Of a stretch of 64,000 bases of DNA, positions 14,581-24,500 are shown in pieces (within the stretch, counting starts at the first letter, position 1; every line of letters begins with the position of its first letter). This DNA is from Eledone cirrhosa (Eukaryota): positions 5,332,001-5,396,000 of the forward strand of contig OZ024759.1 in the NCBI GenBank assembly GCA_964016885.1, in the 5' to 3' direction. The translations under genes and the position numbers were made by a program. The notes below the pieces were generated by a model that searched no databases, was not told the origin of the DNA, and saw only the letters and a list, made by a program, of their open reading frames with translations.

Positions 14581-14664
14581 GTGTGTGTGTATATATAGAT
14601 ATGTGTGTATATATATATATATGTGTGTCTGTATATATATATATATATAGGTGTGTGTCTGTAT
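14140..14664. repeat. Compound microsatellite, (TA)n interspersed with (TG)n (TATA-GGTGTG/GTGTG orientation, the reverse-complement of the previous arm)
   Basis: Direct reading: alternating TATATA runs and (G)GTGTGT runs. Confidence 0.97.
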
Positions 14665-14680
14665 ATCATCATCATCATCA
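14665..14680 (-). repeat. Short trinucleotide 3' tail of LINE B, (TGA)5
   Basis: ATCATCATCATCATCA at the junction between microsatellite and LINE UTR. Short tandem-repeat tails rather than poly(A) are typical of RTE-clade LINEs. Confidence 0.85.
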
Positions 14681-14765
14681 ACGTTTAACGTCCGTGTTCC
14701 ACGCTTGCATGGGTTTGGACGGGGGTAGTCCCACTTGAGGCAAGAGTGATTGTCTTGCTCGCATA

Positions 14766-14884
14766 GGACTGTCTGGCAGGTTTTCTACAGTTGGATGCCC
14801 TTCCTAACACCAACCACATTTACAGTGTGGGTCTGGTAGGTTTTTACCGTGTTGCCTACACGGCCACATTACAGCGTGGACTGT
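14766..14884. repeat. Single copy of the 111/112-bp satellite monomer inside the LINE B 3' UTR, bounded by a GGACTGT direct repeat
   Basis: GGACTGTCTGGCAGGTTTTCTACAGTTGGATGCCCTTCCTAACACCAACCACATTTACAGTGTGGGTCTGGTAGGTTTTTACCGTGTTGCCTACACGGCCACATTACAGCGT-GGACTGT. GGACTGT occurs at 14766-14772 and 14878-14884, 112 bp apart. Confidence 0.97.
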
Positions 14885-14965
14885 GTGTTTTTTTGTCGTG
14901 ACACCTACACGATCTCATTTGTTTCGGCCTGGATGGCGCGGCACCAACATAACTTTACATAGAAC

Positions 14966-15008
14966 GGGGTGGTGTGGATGGGGTGGGGGTGGTGGTGGTG
15001 GGACGGGG
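14966..15008 (+). other. G-rich tract in LINE B 3' UTR (potential G-quadruplex on + strand)
   Basis: GGGGTGGTGTGGATGGGGTGGGGGTGGTGGTGGTGGGACGGGG, at the position homologous to the tract in copy A. Confidence 0.55.
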
Positions 15009-15059
15009 TGTATTTTGTTAGAGATGCCTACTGGCTGGAGTAGGTTTTACTATATATAT

Positions 15060-17768
15060 TTAGCTAAGGCGGGTCTTCTCTGTTACTGAGTACCGCCAAA
15101 GGTCTCGGTCCAGTGACATTGTCTTGGAGAGGTGTAAGTGTGTGATGTCGGAGTTTATCAGCTCGTCCCAGGTTTTTCTAGGTCTACCTATTCCGTGACT
15201 ACCGTCTATCTTTATTGCCCTGCACTTTGTTATACAGCTATCGACTTTCATGCGCATCACGTGTCCATACCAACGTAGCCTTCTCTCGAGTAAACAACAT
15301 CTGATCCCTCTTATCTCTAATTTTTTCCTTAGTTCGTTTCTGCTTTGCCGTTCACGTATATTACTGTTACACATCCAGCGGAGCATGCAAGCTTCGTTCC
15401 TCTCTAGTCTGCGTATATCCTCTGCACACAATGCCCAGGTCTCACTGCCATGCAACATTGCTGTTCGTATGCAGGCATCGTACAACCTGCCTTTCATTTT
15501 TAGGGAGAACCCTTTAGCAGCTAATAGTGGTATAAGCTCTCTGAACTTTTTCCAACCAGTTCTGACTCTAGCTACAGTACTTTCAGAGCACCCTCCCCCA
15601 CTGCTGATTTTATCGCCCAGGTAACGGAAGCTGTCCACTATTTCTATAGAACCCTCTGCGCAATTGAAAGAGCTAGTATTTTGTGGGCACTTGCTGCTAC
15701 TTATTGCACCAGAACACCGGCCACATGTAAAATCTATGTTCTTAGTTAGCTTACCTGTGATCCCACTACATCTTTTATGCACCCATACTTTGCATTTAGG
15801 ACATAAAATGGAGTTTCTACCTACGCCTTTCCTACACACCGAGCACGACCATTTCCAAGAAGGGACCGCCGCCTTGTTTTCTTTCCTACAAACTAGAACT
15901 TTGGTCTTAGCCAGGTTAATTTTAAGTCCTTTTGACTCTAGGCCGTGCTTCCATGTTTGGAATTTCTTCTCTAGCTCGGCCATTGATTCCGCTATGAGTG
16001 TCAGGTCGTCTGCGTATAGGAGTTCCCATGGGCAGCCTGTCTTGAACTCCTCTGTTATAGCCTGAAGGGCAATAATAAATAGTAGGGGGCTGAGAACAGA
16101 GCCATGATGGACGCCAACTTTTACGCTAAACTCTTCACTATATTCGTTGTTAATTCTAACCTTGCTGACTGTTTCTTTATACATGGCTTGTATAGCCCTC
16201 ACAAGCCATTCGTCAACGCCTAGTTTTCTAAGAGCCCACCAGATAATGGAGCGGGGGACTCTGTCGAAGGCTTTCTTCAGGTCGACAAAAGCTAAGTAGA
16301 GGGGTTTACCTTTAGCTAGGTACTTCTCCTGTAGTTGTCGTACTATGAAAAGAGCGTCTGTGGTACTTTTGCCTGACACAAACCCGAACTGCATTTCATC
16401 TAGGTCAATTCTCTCTCTGATTAGTTGCGCTATTACTTTTTCCGTGACCTTCATGACCTGGTCGATTAATTTAATGCCTCTATAGTTACTCCTATCTAGG
16501 GCGTCTCCTTTACCCTTATAACAGTTAACGATGATGCTGCTATGCCAGTCCTTCGGAACAACCCCATTCTGTACAACTTGGTTAACTATGCGGGTGACCA
16601 TGGTGTGTCCCACCGTGCCAAATGCCTTCAGCATCTCAGCAACTATTTCCGAAGGCCCAGCCGCCTTACCCGTCTTCGTATCCTTGATTGCCTTACTTAT
16701 TATACTCCCCTCGACTAACACTGCTGGTCCCTCTATTGGGTCGATATGGGGGAGACTGTCTTTCTCCCATTTATTCTCCTCATTTAGTAGCCTTTCATAG
16801 TGACACTTCCAAGCTACCTTCTTATCAGTGTCGGTGATGGCAAGTATGCCATCATCGTTAAGTACACACTTCTCCCCGACAATATCACGGTTTTCCTTGA
16901 CGCATTGCCTAGCAATCCTGAACACCTCACATTTTTGGTCATCGCGTTGTAGAACATGCTTGAACTTTCTTTCCTCAGCTTCCCTTCTTGCTAAGTACAC
17001 TTCTCTCCTAGCTTCCCTCCTGGCCACTTGATAGTCTACTCTACTTCCCCCATCCCGCCATACTTTCCAAGCCTGCTTTTTGGCCTTAATTGACCCCTCC
17101 ACCTTACTGTTCCACCACCATGTTACTCTCCTCCTGCCTACACGCCTGCTCCAGCCACAGACTTCGTCTGTCGCCAACAGCAGGTTTGCTTTCAGAAATT
17201 CCCACTGTCCCTCTATATTGTCCGACTCTAGATGCTCTTCCTTACTGTCGAAAGCATCAAGTAATATGCTTTGAAATTTATTTCTGGCTGTGGGGTCCTT
17301 TAGCTTCCATATTTTCCTCCTGAGGATAGTCCTCTTCTGCTGTCGAGTACGTCTCGTCCTGACTATGAGGTCGCTAATTATCAGTCTATGTTGGGAGGTG
17401 CATTCTTCATGGGGGAGGGATTTAGTGTTTACAACAGACACTCTGTCACGTCTTCTGATAAGGATATAATCTACCTGGCTTGTGTGGTCCCCGGATCTAT
17501 AGCTGATCAGGTGATTGTCTCGTTTTTTTAAGTTAGTGTTACAGATAGTTAGGTTATTTGCATCACAGAATTCCAGGATTCCGGAGCCTTCCTCATTTCT
17601 AGTACCAAACCCATAGCCTCCATGGATTTCGTCGTAGCCGTCACAATGTTGTCCAACGTGACCATTTAGGTCGCCTGTAATAATTATATAGTCACTGTCG
17701 GTTATTTGGGAGGTAGTGAGCATCAGTGTCTCATAGAATCTGTCTTCTATAGTGCCGGGCAGTCCGGT
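15060..17768 (-). CDS. LINE ORF: N-terminally truncated APE-type endonuclease + reverse transcriptase + PHD finger + RTE C-terminal region (902 codons open, no native start)
   Basis: EN motifs: [30 protein letters not shown] motifs: [49 protein letters not shown] (YADD at 16005-16016), [17 protein letters not shown]. The first 261 codons of the called ORF 15060..18551 are microsatellite/satellite read-through and are excluded. Confidence 0.92.
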   Translation of the reverse strand, partial: TGLPGTIEDRFYETLMLTTSQITDSDYIIITGDLNGHVGQHCDGYDEIHGGYGFGTRNEEGSGILEFCDANNLTICNTNLKKRDNHLISYRSGDHTSQVDYILIRRRDRVSVVNTKSLPHEECTSQHRLIISDLIVRTRRTRQQKRTILRRKIWKLKDPTARNKFQSILLDAFDSKEEHLESDNIEGQWEFLKANLLLATDEVCGWSRRVGRRRVTWWWNSKVEGSIKAKKQAWKVWRDGGSRVDYQVARREARREVYLARREAEERKFKHVLQRDDQKCEVFRIARQCVKENRDIVGEKCVLNDDGILAITDTDKKVAWKCHYERLLNEENKWEKDSLPHIDPIEGPAVLVEGSIISKAIKDTKTGKAAGPSEIVAEMLKAFGTVGHTMVTRIVNQVVQNGVVPKDWHSSIIVNCYKGKGDALDRSNYRGIKLIDQVMKVTEKVIAQLIRERIDLDEMQFGFVSGKSTTDALFIVRQLQEKYLAKGKPLYLAFVDLKKAFDRVPRSIIWWALRKLGVDEWLVRAIQAMYKETVSKVRINNEYSEEFSVKVGVHHGSVLSPLLFIIALQAITEEFKTGCPWELLYADDLTLIAESMAELEKKFQTWKHGLESKGLKINLAKTKVLVCRKENKAAVPSWKWSCSVCRKGVGRNSILCPKCKVWVHKRCSGITGKLTKNIDFTCGRCSGAISSSKCPQNTSSFNCAEGSIEIVDSFRYLGDKISSGGGCSESTVARVRTGWKKFRELIPLLAAKGFSLKMKGRLYDACIRTAMLHGSETWALCAEDIRRLERNEACMLRWMCNSNIRERQSRNELRKKLEIRGIRCCLLERRLRWYGHVMRMKVDSCITKCRAIKIDGSHGIGRPRKTWDELINSDITHLHLSKTMSLDRDLWRYSVTEKTRLS
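15714..15845 (-). other. PHD-type (C4HC3) zinc finger within the LINE ORF
   Basis: [44 protein letters not shown] matches C-x2-C-x10-C-x2-C-x4-H-x2-C-x14-C-x2-C, with W before His and an aromatic residue (F) two positions before Cys7. Confidence 0.85.
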
Positions 17769-17795
17769 GTGTGTGTGTGTATATATATATATATA

Positions 17796-17883
<88 letters not shown>

Positions 17884-17942
17884 GTGTGTGTGTATGTATA
17901 TATATATATATATATATAGGTGTGTGTGTATATATATATATA

Positions 17943-17975
<33 letters not shown>

Positions 17976-17998
17976 GTGTGTGTGTATATATAAATATA

Positions 17999-18050
<52 letters not shown>

Positions 18051-18077
18051 TGTGTGTATATATATATATAGTGTGTG

Positions 18078-18109
<32 letters not shown>

Positions 18110-18324
18110 GGTGTGTGTGTATATATATATATATAGGTGTGTATATATATATATATATATAGGTGTGTATATATATATATATAGTGTGTGTATATATATA
18201 TATATAGTGTGTGTGTATATATATATATGTGTGTATATATATATATATATATAGTGTGTGTATATATATATATATATATAGTGTGTGTGTGTATATATAT
18301 ATATGTGTGTGTATATATATATAT

Positions 18325-18367
<43 letters not shown>

Positions 18368-18394
18368 GTGTGTGTGTATATATATATATGTGTG

Positions 18395-18425
<31 letters not shown>

Positions 18426-18439
18426 ATATATATATATAG

Positions 18440-18477
<38 letters not shown>

Positions 18478-18500
18478 CTATATATATATATATATATACA
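17769..18500. repeat. Compound microsatellite (TA)n/(TG)n, switching to (CA) orientation in the last ~30 bp
   Basis: Direct reading; same sub-motifs (TATAGTGTG, TATAGGTGTG) as 14140-14664. Confidence 0.97.
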
Positions 18501-18526
18501 CCCTCTACCGATACTGCCAATCCACC

Positions 18527-21500
18527 ACTCCCAATGTTGGTGAGAATTCATTTAAGTTTATGGTATTAGCTGTCAGAAGTAACTCCACTGTTGGTGAGAA
18601 TTCAGTTAAGTTCATGGTATTAGCTGTCAGAAGTAACTCCACTGTTGGTGAGAATTCATTTAAGTTCATGGTATTAGCTGTCAGAAGTAACTCCATTGTT
18701 GGTGAGAATTCATTTAAGTTCATGGTACTAGCTGTCAGAAGTAACTCCACTGTTGGTGAGAATTCATTTAAGTTCATGGTACTAGCTGTCAGAAGTAACC
18801 CCAATGTTGGTGAGAATTCATTTAAGTTCATGGTATTAGCTGTCAGAAGTCACTCCAATGTTGGTGAGAATTCATTTAAGTTCATGGTATTAGCTGTCAG
18901 AAGTAACTCCACTGTTGGTGAGAATTCATTTAAGTTCATGGTATTAGCTGTCAGAAGTAACTCCACTGTTGGTGAGAATTCATTTAAGTTCATGGTATTA
19001 GCTGTCAGAAGTAACTCCACTGTTGGTGAGAATTCATTTAAGTTCATGGTATTAGCTGTCAGAAGTAACTCCACTGTTGGTGAGAATTCATTTAAGTTCA
19101 TGGTATTAGCTGTCAGAAGTAACTCCACTGTTGGTGAGAATTCATTTAAGTTCATGGTATTAGCTGTCAGAAGTAACTCCACTGTTGGTGAGAATTCATT
19201 TAAGTTCATGGTATTAGCTGTCAGAAGGAACTCCAATGTTGGTGAGAATTCATTTAAGTCATGGTACTAGCTGTCAGAAGTAACTCCACTGTTGGTGAGA
19301 ATTCATTTAAGTTCATGGTATTAGCTGTCAGAAGGAACGCCACTGTTGGTGAGAATTCATTTAAGTTCATGGTATTAGCTGTCAGAAGTAACTCCACTGT
19401 TGGTGAGAATTCATTTAAGTTCATGGTACTAGCTGTCAGAAGTAACTCCAATGTTGGTTAGAATTCATTTAAGTTCATGGTATTAGCTGTCAGAAGGAAC
19501 TCCACTGTTGGTGAGAATTCATTTAAGTTCATGGTATTAGCTGTCAGAAGGAACTCCAATGTTGGTGAGAATTCATTTAAGTCATGGTACTAGCTGTCAG
19601 AAGTAACTCCACTGTTGGTGAGAATTCATTTAAGTTCATGGTATTAGCTGTCAGAAGTAACTCCACTGTTGGTGAGAATTCATTTAAGTTCATGGTACTA
19701 GTTGTCAGAAGTAACTCCACTGTTGGTGAGAATTCATTTAAGTTCATGGTATTAGTTGTCAGAAGTAACTCCACTGTTGGTGGGAATTCATTTAAGTCAT
19801 GGTATTAGTTGTCAGAAGTAACTCCAATGTTGGTGAGAATTCATTTAAGTTCATGGTACTAGCTGTCAGAAGTAACTCCACTGTTGGTGAGAATTCATTT
19901 AAGTTCATGGTATTAGCTGTCAGAAGTAACTCCACTGTTGGTGAGAATTCATTTAAGTCATGGTATTAGCTGTCAGAAGTAACTCCATTGTTGGTGAGAA
20001 TTCATTTAAGTCATGGTACTAGCTGTCAGAAATAACTCCACTGTTGGTGAGAATTCATTTAAGTTCATGGTATTAGCTGTCAGAAGGAACTCCACTGTTG
20101 GTGAGAATTCATTTAAGTTCATGGTACTAGCTGTCAGAAGTAACTCCACTGTTGGTGAGAATTCATTTAAGTTCATGGTATTAGTTTGTCAGAAGTAACT
20201 CCACTGTTGGTGAGAATTCATTTAAGTCATTGTATTAGTTGTCAGAAGTAACTCCAATGTTGGTGAGAATTCATTTAAGTCATGGTACTAGCTGTCAGAA
20301 GTAACTCCAATGTTGGTGAGAATTCATTTAAGTTCATGGTATTAGCTGTCAGAAGGAACTCCACTGTTGGTGAGAATTCATTTAAGTTCATGGTATTAGC
20401 TGTCAGAAGTAACTCCACTGTTGGTGAGAATTCATTTAAGTTCATCGTACTAGCTGTCAGAAGTAACTCCACTGTTGGTGAGAATTCAGTTAAGTTCATG
20501 GTATTAGTTGTCAGAAGTATCTCCACTGTTGGTGAGAATTAATTTAAATCATGGTATTAGTTGTCAGAAGTAACTCCAATGTTGGTGAGAATTCATTTAA
20601 GTTCATGGTACTAGCTGTCAGAAGTAACTCCACTGTTGGTGAGAATTCATTTAAGTTCATGGTATTAGCTGTCAGAAGTAACTCCACTGTTGGTGAGAAT
20701 TCATTTAAGTCATGGTACTAGCTGTCAGAAGTAACTCCACTGTTGGTGAGAATTCATTTAAGTTCATGGTACTAGCTGTCAGAAGTAACTCCACTGTTGG
20801 TGAGAATTCATTTAAGTTCATGGTACTAGCTGTCAGAAGTAACTCCACTGTTGGTGAGAATTCATTTAAGTTCATGGTACTAGCTGTCAGAAGTAACTCC
20901 ACTGTTGGTGAGAATTCATTTAAGTTCATGGTACTAGCTGTCAGAAGTAACTCCAATGTTGGTGAGAATTCATTTAAGTTCATGGTATTAGCTGTCAGAA
21001 GTAACTCCACTGTTGGTGAGAATTCATTTAAGTTCATGGTACTAGCTGTCAGAAGTAACTCCACTGTTGGTGAGAATTCATTTAAGTTCATGGTATTAGC
21101 TGTCAGAAGTAACTCCACTGTTGGTGAGAATTCATTTAAGTTCATGGTACGAGCTGTCAGAAGTAACCCCAATGTTGGTGAGAATTCATTTAAGTTCATG
21201 GTATTAGCTGTCAGAAGTCACTCCAATGTTGGTGAGAATTCATTTAAGTTCATGATATTAGCTGTCAGAAGTCACTCCACTGTTGGTGAGAATTCATTTA
21301 AGTTCATGGTACTAGCTGTCAGAAGTAACCCCAATGTTGGTGAGAATTCATTTAAGTTCATGGTATTAGCTGTCAGAAGTCACTCCAATGTTGGTGAGAA
21401 TTCATTTAAGTTCATGGTATTAGCTGTCAGAAGTAACTCCACTGTTGGTGAGAATTCATTTAAGTTCATGGTATTAGCTGTCAGAAGGAACTCCAATGTT

Positions 21501-24500
21501 GGTGAGAATTCATTTAAGTCATGGTACTAGCTGTCAGAAGTAACTCCACTGTTGGTGAGAATTCATTTAAGTTCATGGTATTAGCTGTCAAAAGGAACGC
21601 CACTGTTGGTGAGAATTCATTTAAGTTCATGGTATTAGCTGTCAGAAGTAACTCCACTGTTGGTGAGAATTCATTTAAGTTCATGGTACTAGCTGTCAGA
21701 AGTAACTCCAATGTTGGTGAGAATTCATTTAAGTTCATGGTATTAGCTGTCAGAAGTAACTCCACTGTTGGTGAGAATTCATTTAAGTTCATGGTATTAG
21801 CTGTCAGAAGGAACTCCAATGTTGGTGAGAATTCATTTAAGTCATGGTACTAGCTGTCAGAAGTAACTCCACTGTTGGTGAGAATTCATTTAAGTTCATG
21901 GTATTAGCTGTCAAAAGGAACGCCACTGTTGGTGAGAATTCATTTAAGTTCATGGTATTAGCTGTCAGAAGTAACTCCACTGTTGGTGAGAATTCATTTA
22001 AGTTCATGGTACTAGCTGTCAGAAGTAACTCCAATGTTGGTGAGAATTCATTTAAGTCATGGTATTAGCTGTCAGAAGTAACTCCATTGTTGGTGAGAAT
22101 TCATTTAAGTCATGGTACTAGCTGTCAGAAGTAACTCCACTGTTGGTGGGAATTCATTTAAGTTCATGGTATTAGCTGTCAGAAGGAACTCCACTGTTGG
22201 TGAGAATTCATTTAAGTTCATGGTACTAGCTGTCAGAAGTAACTCCACTGTTGGTGAGAATTCATTTAAGTTCATGGTACTAGCTGTCAGAAGTAACTCC
22301 ACTGTTGGTGAGAATTCATTTAAGTTCATGGTACTAGCTGTCAGAAGTAACTCCACTGTTGGTGAGAATTCATTTAAGTTCATGGTACTAGCTGTCAGAA
22401 GTAACTCCACTGTTGGTGAGAATTCATTTAAGTTCATGGTATTAGCTGTCAGAAGTAACTCCACTGTTGGTGAGAATTCATTTAAGTTCATGGTACTAGC
22501 TGTCAGAAGTAACTCCACTGTTGGTGAGAATTCATTTAAGTTCATGGTACAAGCTGTCAGAAGTAACTCCACTGTTGGTGAGAATTCATTTAAGTTCATG
22601 GTATTAGCTGTCAGAAGTAACTCCACTGTTGGTGAGAATTCATTTAAGTTCATGGTACTAGCTGTCAGAAGTAACTCCACTGTTGGTGAGAATTCATTTA
22701 AGTTCATGGTACTAGCTGTCAGAAGTAACTCCACTGTTGGCGAGAATTCATTTAAGTTCATGGTACTAGCTGTCAGAAGTAACTCCACTGTTGGTGAGAA
22801 TTCATTTAAGTTCATGGTACTAGCTGTCAGAAGTAACTCCACTGTTGGTGAGAATTCATTTAAGTTCATGGTACTAGCTGTCAAAAGTAACTCCAATGTT
22901 GGTGAGAACTCATTTAAGTTCATGGTATTAGCTGTCAGAAGTAACTCCACTGTTCGTGAGAATTCATTTAAGTTCATGGTACTAGCTGTCAGAAGTAACT
23001 CCACTGTTGGTGAGAATTCATTTAAGTTCATGGTATTAGCTGTCAGAAGTAACTCCACTGTTGGTGAGAATTCATTTAAGTTCATGGTACGAGCTGTCAG
23101 AAGTAACCCCAATGTTGGTGAGAATTCATTTAAGTTCATGGTATTAGCTGTCAGAAGTCACTCCAATGTTGGTGAGAATTCATTTAAGTTCATGGTATTA
23201 GCTGTCAGAAGTCACTCCACTGTTGGTGAGAATTCATTTAAGTTCATGGTACTAGCTGTCAGAAGTAACCCCAATGTTGGTGAGAATTCATTTAAGTTCA
23301 TGGTATTAGCTGTCAGAAGTCACTCCAATGTTGGTGAGAATTCATTTAAGTTCATGGTATTAGCTGTCAGAAGTAACTCCACTGTTGGTGAGAATTCATT
23401 TAAGTTCATGGTATTAGCTGTCAGAAGGAACTCCAATGTTGGTGAGAATTCATTTAAGTCATGGTACTAGCTGTCAGAAGTAACTCCACTGTTGGTGAGA
23501 ATTCATTTAAGTTCATGGTATTAGCTGTCAAAAGGAACGCCACTGTTGGTGAGAATTCATTTAAGTTCATGGTATTAGCTGTCAGAAGTAACTCCACTGT
23601 TGGTGAGAATTCATTTAAGTTCATGGTACTAGCTGTCAGAAGTAACTCCAATGTTGGTGAGAATTCATTTAAGTCATGGTATTAGCTGTCAGAAGTAACT
23701 CCATTGTTGGTGAGAATTCATTTAAGTCATGGTACTAGCTGTCAGAAGTAACTCCACTGTTGGTGGGAATTCATTTAAGTTCATGGTATTAGCTGTCAGA
23801 AGGAACTCCACTGTTGGTGAGAATTCATTTAAGTTCATGGTACTAGCTGTCAGAAGTAACTCCACTGTTGGTGAGAATTCATTTAAGTTCATGGTACTAG
23901 CTGTCAGAAGTAACTCCACTGTTGGTGAGAATTCATTTAAGTTCATGGTACTAGCTGTCAGAAGTAACTCCACTGTTGGTGAGAATTCATTTAAGTTCAT
24001 GGTACTAGCTGTCAGAAGTAACTCCACTGTTGGTGAGAATTCATTTAAGTTCATGGTATTAGCTGTCAGAAGTAACTCCACTGTTGGTGAGAATTCATTT
24101 AAGTTCATGGTACTAGCTGTCAGAAGTAACTCCACTGTTGGTGAGAATTCATTTAAGTTCATGGTACTAGCTGTCAGAAGTAACTCCACTGTTGGCGAGA
24201 ATTCATTTAAGTTCATGGTACTAGCTTTCAGAAGTAACTCCACTGTTGGTGAGAATTCATTTAAGTTCATGGTACTAGCTGTCAGAAGTAACTCCACTGT
24301 TGGTGAGAATTCATTTAAGTTCATGGTACTAGCTGTCAAACGTAACTCCAATGTTGGTGAGAATTCATTTAAGTTCATGGTACTAGCTGTCAGAAGTAAC
24401 TCCACTGTTGGTGAGAATTCATTTAAGTTCATGGTACTAGCTGTCAAAAGTAACTCCAATGTTGGTGAGAATTCATTTAAGTTCATGGTATTAGCTGTCA

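Larger units (their letters stand above)
14665..17768 (-). mobile_element. RTE-clade non-LTR retrotransposon (LINE), copy B, 5'-truncated, with intact 3' end
   Basis: 3' tail (ATC)5 on + strand at 14665-14679, i.e. (TGA/GAT)n on the sense strand. ~380 bp 3' UTR. Open EN-RT frame. RTE-like features include SQHRL at the end of the EN domain and C-terminal [12 protein letters not shown]...GRPRKTW. Flanked on both sides by TA/TG microsatellite. Confidence 0.95.

Noticed and set aside
13476-14738. [12 protein letters not shown]-rich ORFs on both strands
   Set aside because: They are microsatellite translation artefacts.
10980-17323. Short + strand ORFs overlapping the LINE copies (e.g. 15250-15624, 15664-16065, 12825-13214)
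   Set aside because: They are antisense shadows of the RT frame with no recognisable motifs.
14640-17800. Target-site duplication around LINE B
   Set aside because: Both flanks are GTGT/TATA microsatellite, so a TSD cannot be distinguished from background.
17769-18551. N-terminal 261 aa of the 1163-aa ORF (15060..18551), apparently giving the RT a start codon from the 54-bp satellite
   Set aside because: This is Y/I/H/T low-complexity read-through of (TA)n/(CA)n, which rarely contains stops. LINE homology ends at 17768, and the EN domain lacks its N-terminal half.
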